Assembly: GCA_038131935.1 (NCBI GenBank)
Contig: JAYPQH010000018.1
Span: 32,001 to 96,000 of the forward strand
Source of the DNA: Alphaproteobacteria bacterium
GTDB taxonomy: Bacteria > Pseudomonadota > Alphaproteobacteria > UBA8317
Direction of reading: 5' to 3'
DNA: 64,000 nucleotides
Program-made: the position numbers and the translations under genes
In this document: in pieces, positions 21,698 to 33,117 of the stretch
Layout: every line of letters begins with the position of its first letter
How positions within the stretch are numbered: position 1 is the first letter of the stretch
Notes under the pieces: generated by a model
The model's input: only the letters and a program-made list of their open reading frames with translations
Databases searched by the model: none
Told to the model about the DNA's origin: nothing

Positions 21698-23104
21698 ATG
21701 TCTGTGTTTACTATTCTCGATTCTGACATTGTCCAAGATAACACCAAAGATGTATTTCTGCGTTCAGATGATGGAGAAATTTATGCAGAGGCCACCGAAA
21801 AAAGAATAGTAGGCATCGATGATGGCCGCATCACCACGGCTACGAGATCTTCAGAAAAAGGCTTTGGTCTTCGCGTTGTGAGTGGTGACCGTGTAGGATT
21901 TGCCCATTCCGACAATTTGGACAGGCAAGCTATGAAGCGCGCCGCTGAGGCGGTAAAAGTAGCCACAGGTTCACAGAATGTATCCCAGCCCCAAGCGGTT
22001 CCAAAAACCAACCATGACCTCTACAAGGCTGTGAATCCTCTTGAACTCTCACAATTCGCCGATGAGGTTGCGTTTTTAGAGGCCGTCGATGCCTATTGCC
22101 GCAATAAAGATGAGCGCGTGGGCCAAGTGAAAGCACATGTTGCGCTGGTACATCAGCAGGTTGAAATTTACCGGCCTGAGGGAGATATCGCACGTGATAT
22201 ACGCCCTTTGGTCCGGGTTGATGTAAGCGTCATCATGGATCATCATGGCCGAAGAGAAATGGGGCATTATGGCTATGGTGGCCGACAAAGCCCAGATCAG
22301 TTTTTAACAAAAGAGCAATGGCAAAAAGCGGCAGATGAGGCCATCCGCCAAGCAAAAGTCAATTTGGAAGCCATCGATGCTCCAGCAGGCGATATGGAGG
22401 TGGTACTCGGTGCTGGTTGGCCAGGTATTCTTCTTCACGAAGCCGTAGGTCATGGGTTGGAGGGAGATTTCAACCGCAAGAAAACGTCGGCTTTCTCTGG
22501 ACTTATGGGCAAGCAGGTCGCCGCACGAGGGGTGACAGTGATAGATGATGGCACGATTGCAAACCGACGTGGCTCTTTGAATATTGATGATGAAGGGACC
22601 CCAACCCAGCGTAACATACTTATCGAAGATGGCATTCTTGTTGGATATATGCAGGATCGCATGAATGCACGATTGATGAATGTTGCCCCCACGGGCAATG
22701 GAAGACGTGAGAGCTATGCACACCAACCCATGCCCCGCATGACAAACACGTTCATGCTGGGAGGCGACGCATCTCCCAATGATATCATCAGCTCAATGAA
22801 AAAGGGCATATATGCAGTGAGTTTTGGCGGAGGTCAGGTGGATATTACCTCAGGTAAGTTCGTGTTTTCCTGCACAGAAGCCTATCTCGTCGAAAATGGC
22901 GAAATCAAAGCCCCTGTAAAAGGGGCAACATTGATTGGAAATGGCCCAGAATCCCTGCATGAGATATCAATGATCGGCAATGACATGACCCTAGACAGTG
23001 GTATTGGAACATGTGGCAAGGCGGGACAAGGGGTACCTGTCGGTGTTGGACAACCCACCATTAAACTTGACCACATGACAGTTGGTGGAACGGAGATGGC
23101 ATAG
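21698..23104 (+). CDS. tldD: Metalloprotease TldD
   Basis: GILLHEAVGHGLEGDFNRK, PRMTNT, CGKAGQGVPVGVGQPT. Confidence 0.97.
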   Translation: MSVFTILDSDIVQDNTKDVFLRSDDGEIYAEATEKRIVGIDDGRITTATRSSEKGFGLRVVSGDRVGFAHSDNLDRQAMKRAAEAVKVATGSQNVSQPQAVPKTNHDLYKAVNPLELSQFADEVAFLEAVDAYCRNKDERVGQVKAHVALVHQQVEIYRPEGDIARDIRPLVRVDVSVIMDHHGRREMGHYGYGGRQSPDQFLTKEQWQKAADEAIRQAKVNLEAIDAPAGDMEVVLGAGWPGILLHEAVGHGLEGDFNRKKTSAFSGLMGKQVAARGVTVIDDGTIANRRGSLNIDDEGTPTQRNILIEDGILVGYMQDRMNARLMNVAPTGNGRRESYAHQPMPRMTNTFMLGGDASPNDIISSMKKGIYAVSFGGGQVDITSGKFVFSCTEAYLVENGEIKAPVKGATLIGNGPESLHEISMIGNDMTLDSGIGTCGKAGQGVPVGVGQPTIKLDHMTVGGTEMA

Positions 23105-23106
23105 AA

Positions 23107-24453
23107 TTAGTAGGATTGATCCATAAAAATTTGTCGAATAGAGGCCTCTGATCCCTCCCACTGATCACGAAGCCGATCAGCAACTGACCGTCCAGATTGT
23201 GCTATGCCTTCGAGAAATTCTACAAAAACTTCTTCTGATTGCCCAACATCATTCAACCTTCCGCGACGGCGCAGACCCTGGGCTGCAAGATGCACCATTT
23301 GCTGTGCCAATTCTTGAACCGAAACACCATCGACAACCGCTGACAAACCATCTTGGGGCACAATTTGTGCACAGGTTTGCCAAAAAGAAGAATCCCTCTC
23401 CATAACCCATTCATGAGCCTCGCGAAGACTTTCTTGATCATAGAGAAGCCCCACCCATAACGCAGGCAAAGCACATAGAGCATCAAGACGGCCCGAATCA
23501 GCACCTCGCATTTCAATGTACGTTTTCAGACGCACGTCTGGAAACAATGTAGATACATGGTCTGCCCAGTCGGACATGGTTGGACGCTCACCAGGCAAAA
23601 CAGAGAGTTTGCCATCTAAAAAATCACGGAACGAAAGCCCAGCACAATTTATGCTCTTACCCCCACGTTTAACAAAATACATCGGCGTATTCAGAGCATA
23701 TTCGGTGTAGGCGGCGTAACCAAAATCATCCTGAAAAGCACCAGGAACGAAACCTGAACGTGCATTGTCGGTATCCATCCACATATGCGCCCGATTAGAG
23801 CGATATCCATTAGGCTTGCCATCTAAAAAAGGCGAATTGGCAAACAAAGCCGTTGCAACGGGCTGCAATGCCAAAGCCGTCTGAAACTTCATGATACAAT
23901 CTTGTTCTGATGCATAATCAAGATTCGCTTGTACCGTGCATGTTCTATGCATCATATCAAGCCCAAGGGTGCCGACTTTTGTCATGTACGCACGCATGAT
24001 GGCATAGCGCTGTGTGGGAACCTTGGGAAGATCTGAAATCTTTGCAAAGGGATGAAATCCCATGCCAACAAAATTCACCCCCCAATCTGCAGTGATATCA
24101 GCAAGTTCTTGATGATGCTTATAAATTTCTTTGTATGTCTCGTGAATCGTTGCAAGTGGAGCGCCTGACAGCTCAATCTGCCCACCAGGCTCTAACGTTA
24201 ATGACCGTCCATCCTCGGCATAAGCCGCCATCGGGTGACCATCTTCACGGTCAACCCGCCACCCTCGTTGCTCGAGTATCTCCATCAAACGGGTAATGGA
24301 ATAAGGCCCTTCATACGGCAGCGGGGTTTGATCCGTGCGAAAAAATGGGAATTTTTCATGTTCAGTCCCTACTTTCCATTGATGTTTAGGCTTTTCGCCT
24401 GAACGAAAATAGGAGATCAAATCATCCTTATCTTCTATAAACGGTGCACCCAT
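23107..24453 (-). CDS. gshA: Glutamate--cysteine ligase (alphaproteobacterial/plant type)
   Basis: GTEHEKF, LEPGGQIELSG, TCTVQANLD, ALFANSPF, IEMRGAD. Confidence 0.95.
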   Translation of the reverse strand: MGAPFIEDKDDLISYFRSGEKPKHQWKVGTEHEKFPFFRTDQTPLPYEGPYSITRLMEILEQRGWRVDREDGHPMAAYAEDGRSLTLEPGGQIELSGAPLATIHETYKEIYKHHQELADITADWGVNFVGMGFHPFAKISDLPKVPTQRYAIMRAYMTKVGTLGLDMMHRTCTVQANLDYASEQDCIMKFQTALALQPVATALFANSPFLDGKPNGYRSNRAHMWMDTDNARSGFVPGAFQDDFGYAAYTEYALNTPMYFVKRGGKSINCAGLSFRDFLDGKLSVLPGERPTMSDWADHVSTLFPDVRLKTYIEMRGADSGRLDALCALPALWVGLLYDQESLREAHEWVMERDSSFWQTCAQIVPQDGLSAVVDGVSVQELAQQMVHLAAQGLRRRGRLNDVGQSEEVFVEFLEGIAQSGRSVADRLRDQWEGSEASIRQIFMDQSY

Positions 24454-24546
24454 CTGCAGCCTCCGGACTAATCTGTGATTACCATCGTTAGTGTATTGCG
24501 ACCATACAGCGCAATAAGAAGAAACATGGTATGTGAAGAATTTTTG

Positions 24547-25308
24547 TTAACGGACAGGATTGTATCTTGGTCGAAGATCAAAATCACCACAAACCGACTG
24601 CCAAATCGCAGCTGCCGCCACGATGGCTGTGTCAGCACGCAGAATACGCGGTCCCAAACTCACAGCTTTGACGGCGGGGTGGTCATAAAGCCACGTCAAT
24701 TCCTGTTGGGTGAAGCCACCTTCTGGACCGATCAAAATTCCGGCCGGTAGATCAGAAAACTTAACCATCATATCTGCAGCGGGCACGCCTCCCCCCTGCT
24801 CGTCCGCTACAAAGACCACGCGATCTGAACCTAAACTTTGCAGCCATGATTCTAAATTCATCACGTCACCTAAATGGGGGATAGCGTTGATAGCACATTG
24901 CTCAGCGGCCTCGATCATATTGGCTCGAAATCTTGACGCAGAAAAACGATCTGCCTGGGTCCGTTGGGTGATGACAGGCGTTGCATGGGCAAAGCCAATC
25001 TCCACCAATTTCTGCGCTACATAGTCGGTACGGGCTTTTTTTAATGGTGCAAATCCAAGCCATAAATCGGGCAATTGATGTTGCTCTGCAGATTGCTCTC
25101 GGACTTCACATTGGACATCACGCCGCCCAACATCTAAGATCTCCGCAAGAAAACTTCCGGTGCGCCCATTGAACAATTCAAGATATTCTGTTGGCTTCAC
25201 CCGAAGAACATGCAACAACTGATGGATCTGGGATTGGGTTAAACTGGGGCGCTGCCCAGCTATCAGATCTTCTTCAACATACAAACGTGCCCGTATACGC
25301 ATCATCAT
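24547..25308 (-). CDS. rsmE: 16S rRNA m3U1498 methyltransferase
   Basis: HVLR, EAAEQC, IGPEGGF, SLGPRILRADTA; start at one of three ATGs (25302/25305/25308). Confidence 0.95.
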   Translation of the reverse strand: MMMRIRARLYVEEDLIAGQRPSLTQSQIHQLLHVLRVKPTEYLELFNGRTGSFLAEILDVGRRDVQCEVREQSAEQHQLPDLWLGFAPLKKARTDYVAQKLVEIGFAHATPVITQRTQADRFSASRFRANMIEAAEQCAINAIPHLGDVMNLESWLQSLGSDRVVFVADEQGGGVPAADMMVKFSDLPAGILIGPEGGFTQQELTWLYDHPAVKAVSLGPRILRADTAIVAAAAIWQSVCGDFDLRPRYNPVR

Positions 25309-26257
25309 GACCGCCAAAAACAAACCATATCAAGATCATGTGCCATTACCTGACGCTGTGAGCAACAACTGGGTTGATAGCTATGCGCCCACCACATGGC
25401 GGCCATGGTTAAAATTGATGCGGGTTGATAGACCTATTGGCTGCTATTTGCTGTATATTCCATGTCTATGGGCCATCGGCATCGGCGCCATGCTGGAACG
25501 CCCATTCCTAGATTTGTTCTCCATGGCAATCCTATGTCTTGTTGGTGCCTTTCTCACGCGTTCTTTGGGATGTGTCGCGAATGACCTGGCAGACCGCAAC
25601 ATCGATACAAAGGTCGCACGCACCAAAAACCGTCCACTGGCTTCAGGTGCGCTTGGTGTAGGTCAAGCAATCGCGCTATTGCTGTTATTGGGTGCGTTAT
25701 CTTTATATTTGCTCACATTTCTTAATCAGCAAGCAGTGATCACAGCGTTAGCCTCTATCCCTCTGATCCTTACTTATCCTTGGTTAAAGCGTGTTACCTC
25801 ATGGCCACAAGTGATGCTGGGCTTATGTATGAATTGGGGTTTTCTGGTGGCTTGGTTTGGACTTGAACTGCCACAAATTACAGCCATGATATTGATATTT
25901 GGAGGAGCCGTTTGTTGGACCATAGGCTATGACACCATTTACGCTCTACAAGATCGCGAAGATGACCGTTTGATTGGGGTACATTCCACCGCGTTACTTG
26001 CAGGAGATAAACCTGTCATGTTCGTAGGTTTGTTTTATGTTGCCATGGTCATCATGATGGTGGGGGGATGGTGGCAACTGATTGGATCTGCATCTCTGAT
26101 TTGGCTAAGCCCGATGATGATCCATCTATTATGGCAGCTTGCCCGCATCAACCCACATGACCCCAGGACGAATCTCATGTTGTTTAAATCCAACAGGCAG
26201 CTGGCATTATTGGTCATGTTGCCGACTTTTCATGGATTATTTTACCAAATCACATGA
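25307..26257 (+). CDS. ubiA: 4-hydroxybenzoate polyprenyltransferase
   Basis: PDA...NWVD, R.DRPIG, ND..DR.ID..V.RT..RPL.SG, YDTIYA.QD.EDD. Confidence 0.95.
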   Translation: MTAKNKPYQDHVPLPDAVSNNWVDSYAPTTWRPWLKLMRVDRPIGCYLLYIPCLWAIGIGAMLERPFLDLFSMAILCLVGAFLTRSLGCVANDLADRNIDTKVARTKNRPLASGALGVGQAIALLLLLGALSLYLLTFLNQQAVITALASIPLILTYPWLKRVTSWPQVMLGLCMNWGFLVAWFGLELPQITAMILIFGGAVCWTIGYDTIYALQDREDDRLIGVHSTALLAGDKPVMFVGLFYVAMVIMMVGGWWQLIGSASLIWLSPMMIHLLWQLARINPHDPRTNLMLFKSNRQLALLVMLPTFHGLFYQIT

Positions 26258-26371
26258 CCATTGATGCTTTTGGGTTGCGAACATCCAAGCAGCAAACTAA
26301 CTCAACAAAGGTTTAGGCAGTAAAGCATTTTGGCCTAAGCCGTTATGGTTGTGACATCAAAGGGTGACGAA

Positions 26372-27916
26372 ATGAGCTACACCAGCATGAGAGAGTTTCT
26401 AGACATTCTAGAAAAAAACAACCTGTTGGTTAGGGTAACAAAACCTGTCCATACCCATTTAGAAATGACTGAGATCCAAACCAGATTATTGGCAACCGAA
26501 GGACCCGCCGTTTTATTTGAACAGCCCATCATGGCTAATGGAGAAATCTCTGACATACCCGTTTTGGTAAATCTGTTTGGAACCGTTGAAAGGGTTGCTA
26601 TGGGTGTTACCATGGGGAACAAACAACGCCGCACCGCTATGGAGCTGCGTGAAGTTGGGGAAACCTTAGCATTCCTTCGACAACCAGAGCCTCCCCGCGG
26701 CCTCAAGGATGCATTCGCTCTTTTGCCCTTGGCAAAAACCGTCATGCAAATGCGTCCAAGCACCACGCGCAAAGCGCCTGTCCAAGAGATTGTACTCACT
26801 GGCGAGGATATTAATCTTCAAGCCTTACCCATCCAAGGATGCTGGCCTGGCGAGCCAGCACCATTGATCACTTGGCCATTAATCGTCACCAAGGGCCCTG
26901 GTGATGACAAAACGGACCATGTCAATTTGGGTATATACAGAATGCAAGTTACGGGCCCAAAGACGACCTTAATGCGCTGGTTAAAACATCGTGGTGGCGC
27001 ACAACACCACCGACGGTGGAAAGCTCAAAAGGCTGAACCACTTCCTGCCGCAGCTGTTTTGGGGGCAGACCCTGGTACCATTCTCGCGGCTGTGACGCCT
27101 GTGCCAGATACTTTATCTGAATACCAATTTGCTGGGCTTTTACGCGGCAAAAAGGTTGAACTCGTTGATTGTAAAACCATACCTCTCCAAGTTCCAGCCC
27201 ATGCTGAAATTGTTTTAGAAGGCTATGTACATCTCGATCGGTATGATGACGAGGGTCCTTATGGAGACCATACCGGATATTACAACAATGTCGAAAAGTT
27301 TCCAATATTTGAGATTACTGCCATCACCATGCGAAAGGATCCCATTTATCTCTCTACATTCACAGGCAGACCTCCCGATGAACCATCTGTGCTCGGTGAA
27401 GCTCTTAACGAGGTTTTTGTTCCCCTCATTCAACAGCAATTCCCAGAAATCCTAGATTTTTGGTTGCCACCAGAGGGCTGTTCTTACCGGATTGCTGTGG
27501 TATCAATCAAAAAATCCTATGCTGGCCATGGTCGCCGGATCATGATGGCCGTATGGTCTTATTTGCGTCAATTTACCTACACAAAATTTGTTATTGTGGT
27601 GGATGACGATATCAACCCTCGTGACTGGAAAGATGTGATGTGGGCAATTTCTACCAGAATGGATCCCGTCCGTGACACCATGTTGGTGGAAAACACCCCT
27701 ATTGATTACCTAGACTTTGCCAGCCCGGAAAGTGGACTGGGTGGTAAAATGGGTCTGGATGCCACCAATAAATTTCCCGGCGAAACCCACCGCGAATGGG
27801 GAGAAAAACTCAACATGGATGAAGATGTGGTGGCAAAGGTATCAGAAAAATGGAAAGAATGGGGTTTACCTGGTGAAGGAACACCCATTTGGCGGAACAA
27901 AGGAAACCCAAAATGA
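26372..27916 (+). CDS. ubiD: UbiD family prFMN-dependent decarboxylase
   Basis: [46 protein letters not shown]. Confidence 0.95.
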   Translation: MSYTSMREFLDILEKNNLLVRVTKPVHTHLEMTEIQTRLLATEGPAVLFEQPIMANGEISDIPVLVNLFGTVERVAMGVTMGNKQRRTAMELREVGETLAFLRQPEPPRGLKDAFALLPLAKTVMQMRPSTTRKAPVQEIVLTGEDINLQALPIQGCWPGEPAPLITWPLIVTKGPGDDKTDHVNLGIYRMQVTGPKTTLMRWLKHRGGAQHHRRWKAQKAEPLPAAAVLGADPGTILAAVTPVPDTLSEYQFAGLLRGKKVELVDCKTIPLQVPAHAEIVLEGYVHLDRYDDEGPYGDHTGYYNNVEKFPIFEITAITMRKDPIYLSTFTGRPPDEPSVLGEALNEVFVPLIQQQFPEILDFWLPPEGCSYRIAVVSIKKSYAGHGRRIMMAVWSYLRQFTYTKFVIVVDDDINPRDWKDVMWAISTRMDPVRDTMLVENTPIDYLDFASPESGLGGKMGLDATNKFPGETHREWGEKLNMDEDVVAKVSEKWKEWGLPGEGTPIWRNKGNPK

Positions 27917-29262
27917 GTGACAACATACAACAGCAAGAATCCCTCTGTCAGTTGGTTCTCGAAACCTGCCTTCGTGCGGGCGCAGATGCAGCTGAGGCTG
28001 TATTGATGGAAGGCCAAGGCATAGATATCCAAGTCCGCAATTTGGAACTTGAAGATGTGAATGCGCACGAAGAACAAGCCTTGGGGATTCGTGTCTTCGT
28101 CGGTCAAAGACAGGCCAATCTTCGCACCACAAACTTGGATAGAGAGAATATTGCCCGTATCGTTGAAGATGTTGTGGCGATGGCAAAACTCGCCCCAGAG
28201 GATCCTCATGCAGGCTTAGCACTGCCCTCTTCATTGAGCATATCGCACCATGACGACCTAGATTTGTATGATGATACAAAACCTTCCGCTGAAGATCTAA
28301 GGCTGTTGGCTTGGAAGGCTGAAAAAGCTGCCCTAAGCCAACAGGGCATTACAAATTCAGAAGGTGGTGCTGCAAGTTCCAGCCATGCGACACGCCACCA
28401 TTATGCCACCAACGGACTCAAAAGCTTCAGCCAATATTCATCATTTTCACTGTCAGCATCTGTGCTTGCAGGTCATGGCACATCCATGGAACGAGATTAT
28501 GATTATGACGTCAAACGACATTGGAAAGACCTCAATGATCCAGATAGCATTGGGCTTGAAGCTGCCCAACGCGCCACAGCCCGTCTGGGCAGCATAAAAC
28601 CGCCCTCTGGCAAACTTCCTGTCATCTTTGCCCCAAGGGTGGCGCGTTCACTCATCGGTCATTTTTTGCAGGCGATTTCAGGTGATTCCGTGGCACGAGG
28701 ATCCACATTCTTGCGCGAAAGCATGGGAACAAAGATCATGCCAGACCACTGTATCATCACTGATGACCCCACCTTATCCCGCGCCATGGGCTCCCAACGC
28801 ATTGACGGTGAAGGACTCGCCTCAGAACCCCTTACCTTGGTCGAGAATGGCATACTTCAACATTGGTTGCTTGATTTGTCATCTGCACGACAATTAGGGC
28901 TTTCATCGAATGGACGCGCCGGCCATACCTTGGCAAGCCCACCATCACCTTCATCCACCAATATAGAGGTGACAGGTGGCGTACGTACCATGGAAGAGAT
29001 GATTACGGACCTTTCCGAAGGTCTTTTTGTTACGGAACTTATTGGCATGGGTGTTAATGGTGTAACAGGGGATTATTCCCGTGGTGCCTCAGGTTTCATG
29101 ATACGACAAGGTGCGCTCGCAGAACCTGTATCTGAACTGACCATAGCGGGGACATTACAAGAAATATTTGCCAACCTTGAGGCCTCTACTGATAGAGATG
29201 GTCATGGGCCCATCGCTGTTGGAGCAATTCATGCTGGTATATTGGCTATTGCCGGCGCATAA
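27913..29262 (+). CDS. pmbA: PmbA/TldE family protein
   Basis: [24 protein letters not shown]; lacks HExxxH; ATGA overlap with ubiD. Confidence 0.92.
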   Translation: MSDNIQQQESLCQLVLETCLRAGADAAEAVLMEGQGIDIQVRNLELEDVNAHEEQALGIRVFVGQRQANLRTTNLDRENIARIVEDVVAMAKLAPEDPHAGLALPSSLSISHHDDLDLYDDTKPSAEDLRLLAWKAEKAALSQQGITNSEGGAASSSHATRHHYATNGLKSFSQYSSFSLSASVLAGHGTSMERDYDYDVKRHWKDLNDPDSIGLEAAQRATARLGSIKPPSGKLPVIFAPRVARSLIGHFLQAISGDSVARGSTFLRESMGTKIMPDHCIITDDPTLSRAMGSQRIDGEGLASEPLTLVENGILQHWLLDLSSARQLGLSSNGRAGHTLASPPSPSSTNIEVTGGVRTMEEMITDLSEGLFVTELIGMGVNGVTGDYSRGASGFMIRQGALAEPVSELTIAGTLQEIFANLEASTDRDGHGPIAVGAIHAGILAIAGA

Positions 29263-29330
29263 ACTTGGCAAAGCGGTATCATCTCACGTAAGAAGACGTC
29301 AGCAGTCTTGGCTGGAGGGTTTCTTTTGCT

Positions 29331-29555
29331 ATGGCACAAAGAGGTTTACATCTTGTTTTTGGTGGCGAATTAAAAAATTTGTCTACCAAAGAATTTGTTG
29401 ATCCCAACAACATCGATATAGTTGGGATTTTTCCCAATTATGATCAAGCACTAAGTGCTTGGCGTGCAGCAGCGCAAAGCAGCGTGGATCAGGCCACAGT
29501 GCGGTATTTTATTGCTGATCTTACCAAATTGCGAGATCCGGAGGTAAAAGGCTGA
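29331..29555 (+). CDS. DUF4170 domain protein
   Basis: LHLVFGGEL...F.D....DIVG.FPNY..A..AWR..AQ..VD.A..RYFI. Confidence 0.88.
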   Translation: MAQRGLHLVFGGELKNLSTKEFVDPNNIDIVGIFPNYDQALSAWRAAAQSSVDQATVRYFIADLTKLRDPEVKG

Positions 29556-31305
29556 CCAAGGAAAAAAGCAGCTACGGCATATTATGGCGTATTTTCCAGG
29601 AAGAGGTTTTTCGCCATCGGATACGCCTCGCTACAGCTTGGGTCGCGATGGCCATTGTCGCAGGCACCACAGCACTCACCGCTTATATGCTTGACCCTGC
29701 TATGGAGCAGATATTCTTGAAACCTAACGCACAAGCGTTGCTGGTTATTCCTCTTCTTGTGGTGGGCCTGTCTGTCATCAAAGCTGTGGCCAGTTATGTT
29801 CAAGTGGTGATGATGTCACATATTGGACAGTCCATTGTTGCGCGTCTACAATGCCGGTTAGTCAGGAAACTTCTCGCCGCAGATTTGAGTTGGATCGGGC
29901 AACGACATACAGGCACACTTATTTCCTCGTTGATTAACGATGCCCAGAAAGTTCAAGACGCTACAGCACAGGTCATGACAGCCATCATACGCGATGGATT
30001 AACCATGATAGGTTTGGTTATCGTGATGTTCTATCAAGACTGGGCACTCGCCTCAATTGGGATCTTTGTTGTGTTACCAGGCGCCATTGCAATCCAAAAA
30101 CTAGCTGGAAAAACCCGCAGCGCGGCGTCAGCAAGCATGAAGGAAACGGGAACCCTCACAGCACTGATGGATGACGCGTTGAAGGGCTTAAAGAAGTGCG
30201 GGCCTATGGCCAAGAAGATCATGAAGTGAGCAGAATTGGAAATTCCATCGAAAAAAGGCTCCGTCACGTTATGGCCACCATAAAAGCCAAGACCTTGGGC
30301 GGACCTGTTGCAGAGGCCTTGTCAGGTGCTGGTATCGCGGCTGCAATTATTTATGCAGGTTGGCGTGGCATGGAAGGGGAATTGGGACTCAACAATTTTG
30401 TTTCATTCCTGGCAGCCATGATGATGGCGTATCAACCAATGCGGGCGATTGCCAATACTTTTGCACGCCTACATGAAGGTGCTGTTGCAGCTGAACGAAT
30501 GTATGAGATCATCGATACAAAACCACAAATCAACTCACCATCTGTACCCGAGTCTGTTCATAAGCCTGTTACGGGAACCATAAGCTTCCGCCAGGCCAGT
30601 TTCAGCTATTCCGATCAAGATCCGATCTTACAAGATATCACCATTGATATGCCATCGGGAACAACAACAGCTATTGTGGGCCCATCTGGCTCAGGAAAAT
30701 CATCCCTTTTAAACCTTATACCTCGTTTTTTTGATGTGGTTTCCGGACAGGTATTGGTGGACAATATCGATGTGCGCTCATGGGATTTAACGGAGCTACG
30801 CAAGCAGATAGCCATTGTGGCTCAAAAACCATTTTTGTTTGATGACACGGTAGCGGCCAATATTGCCTATGGGCAGCCTCAGGCAAGCCATGAGGAGATC
30901 GTCAGTGCCGCTCAAAAAGCAGCTGCACATGAATTCATTATGCAATTGCCTGAGGGCTACCAAACACTTGTTGGAGAATCTGGCTCTCGTCTCTCTGGTG
31001 GTCAACAGCAAAGGATCGCGATTGCAAGGGCCATGTTAAAAGATGCACCGATTTTGTTATTGGATGAAGCCACCTCAGCTCTAGACAATGCATCCGAGCG
31101 TATTGTTCAGCATGCATTGCAAACATTGATGAGGGGACGCACCACCATTTTGATTGCGCACCGGCTTTCAACGGTTGCCCATGCTGACCAAATCCTCGTG
31201 CTCAAAGATGGAAAGTTGCACGAACAAGGAGATCATGAAAGCCTGCTGAAAAAACAAGGCATTTACGCAGAACTCTTTCGGAACGCTCATGAGAAGACAA
31301 GTTGA
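29552..31305 (+). CDS. msbA: MsbA-like lipid A export ABC transporter (frameshift at AAA 30190-30192; probable CTG start)
   Basis: TM domain in ORF 29648, ABC domain (GPSGSGKS, LSGGQQQR, DEATSALD) in ORF 30196; upstream of waaA-lpxK. Confidence 0.85.
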
Positions 31306-31967
31306 TGGGTAACAATACAACAACTCAGCGCTCCTTTTTGACCATTGTCGCGCGCTTGATCTTCGGCATCATACGCCGTAGCTGGCGTATTAAGGTTCAT
31401 TCAGATGAACAAAGCTTGCAAATACTTCGCGAAGGGGGCGCCTTGATTTGTTGTTGGCATCAATGCCTCCTCGGTGCCAGCATGTTTTCGTTTGGCCAGC
31501 CTTACTATGCTGTCATTTCAAGGAGTAAAGATGGTCAAATTTTAGCATCTGCGCTGCATCCTTGGGGTGTGGTTCCTATTTTTGGATCCTCCACCAATGT
31601 CACCAAAGGCAAATATCAAGGTGGCAGCGCTGCCTACAGGGCCATGCTCAAACATTTAAAAGACGGTCATAATCTCATGATCACACCCGATGGCCCTAAG
31701 GGTCCAGCTCATATCTGCAAAGCAGGTGCTCTGCGTGTTGCCCAAACTGGTGCGACCGTTGTGCCAGCAAGTTTTTCTGCTTGGCCTGTGCTGCATGCGC
31801 CCACTTGGGACCGTATGCGCATTCCACTTCCTTTTGCCCGCATTCACCTGGTTCTCGGTGCCAGCATGATATTAAAGGGCGACCCAACAGATGAACAAAA
31901 TCTCTGTGATGCCATAAACCAGTGCCATCAACATGCGTCCAGATTGATAAGATCGCGCCATGATTAG
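31305..31967 (+). CDS. DUF374 / lysophospholipid acyltransferase-like protein
   Basis: WH, ISRSKDG, GSS, ITPDGPKGP, WDR..IPLPF. Confidence 0.88.
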   Translation: MGNNTTTQRSFLTIVARLIFGIIRRSWRIKVHSDEQSLQILREGGALICCWHQCLLGASMFSFGQPYYAVISRSKDGQILASALHPWGVVPIFGSSTNVTKGKYQGGSAAYRAMLKHLKDGHNLMITPDGPKGPAHICKAGALRVAQTGATVVPASFSAWPVLHAPTWDRMRIPLPFARIHLVLGASMILKGDPTDEQNLCDAINQCHQHASRLIRSRHD

Positions 31968-33117
31968 GTTGTATAATTTCATAGGCCACCTACTAACCCC
32001 TTGGGCTGAAAGACATCTTCAACAACGATGCCAGAGAGGGAAAGAGGACCCTCTACGTTTCCAAGAAAAATTGGGGCGGGGTTCAGGGCAAGGCCCTGTA
32101 GATGTATGGATTCATGCAGCCTCCATTGGTGAGCTGAATGCAGCGCGTCCTATTATTGCCGGCCTAAATGAAGAAAACATTAGGGTTCTTGTAACAACCG
32201 CGACCCTCTCCAGCGCCCAAATGGCTGCTTCATGGTTGCCAGATTGTCTCCATCGCTTCGCCCCGCTTGATCTACCATCAGCCCGCAAGCGTTTTTTTCA
32301 TCAATGGAAACCTCAATGTTTGATCACAATTGATTCAGAAATTTGGCCAGGTTGGCTCTATCAAGCGCAAAAACAAAATATAAAAGTCATGATGTTCAAC
32401 GCCCGTCTGTCACCAAAGAGCAGTCGTAGATGGACATCACTTCGCCCTTTTGTCGGCAAAATCTTGCGTCATGTTGCGGTAACTCATGCACAAGATGTTG
32501 CCAGCGCCAAAGTCTTTTCTCTGCTTGGATCCAAACAGGTAAAGGTAACCGCACCTTTAAAATTAGCACTTCTGCCCAAACATGCGGAACAAAACGGAAA
32601 GCGGGATCGCTTTGTCTTTCTGTCCATGCATCCTGAAGAGCGCGATGTCATCATGAAACTAAGAGATCATATCCGACATCATCAAATATCAATGGATATA
32701 TGGATGATTCCCCGTCATCCCGACCGGTTGAATGAATTTGGAAAGTTGCCCAGTGATATCCTCGTAGAAAAACAATTTGGGCAAGTTTCCAAACATCTGG
32801 CTCAAGCCAAAGCGGTTTTGGTTGGTGGAAGTTTTTTTCCCCACGGTGGTCAAAACCCATTAGAGCCTCTGATGTTTGGTGTAAGGCCTATTGTGGGACC
32901 TTTTATGCATAATTTTACAGGAATTGTGACATTGATGCGTGAGCAAAAAGCGATCATTCAGGTGGAAGACATAGAGCAGGCAGCAGATAAGCTGCTTGAT
33001 ACCTATCAGCAAGACCAAAAAAGCCCTGATATAACTCCAATCATTGCCCATCTTCGTCACCTAGGAAACCAATCCGTAGCCGACGCTTTGCATGCTGTGA
33101 AGGGTGTGTTGTTATGA
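31960..33117 (+). CDS. waaA: Kdo transferase
   Basis: GKED..R..EK.G, WIHAASIGE, PLD, SEIWP, PRHP.R, GGQNPLEP. Confidence 0.93.
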   Translation: MIRLYNFIGHLLTPWAERHLQQRCQRGKEDPLRFQEKLGRGSGQGPVDVWIHAASIGELNAARPIIAGLNEENIRVLVTTATLSSAQMAASWLPDCLHRFAPLDLPSARKRFFHQWKPQCLITIDSEIWPGWLYQAQKQNIKVMMFNARLSPKSSRRWTSLRPFVGKILRHVAVTHAQDVASAKVFSLLGSKQVKVTAPLKLALLPKHAEQNGKRDRFVFLSMHPEERDVIMKLRDHIRHHQISMDIWMIPRHPDRLNEFGKLPSDILVEKQFGQVSKHLAQAKAVLVGGSFFPHGGQNPLEPLMFGVRPIVGPFMHNFTGIVTLMREQKAIIQVEDIEQAADKLLDTYQQDQKSPDITPIIAHLRHLGNQSVADALHAVKGVLL

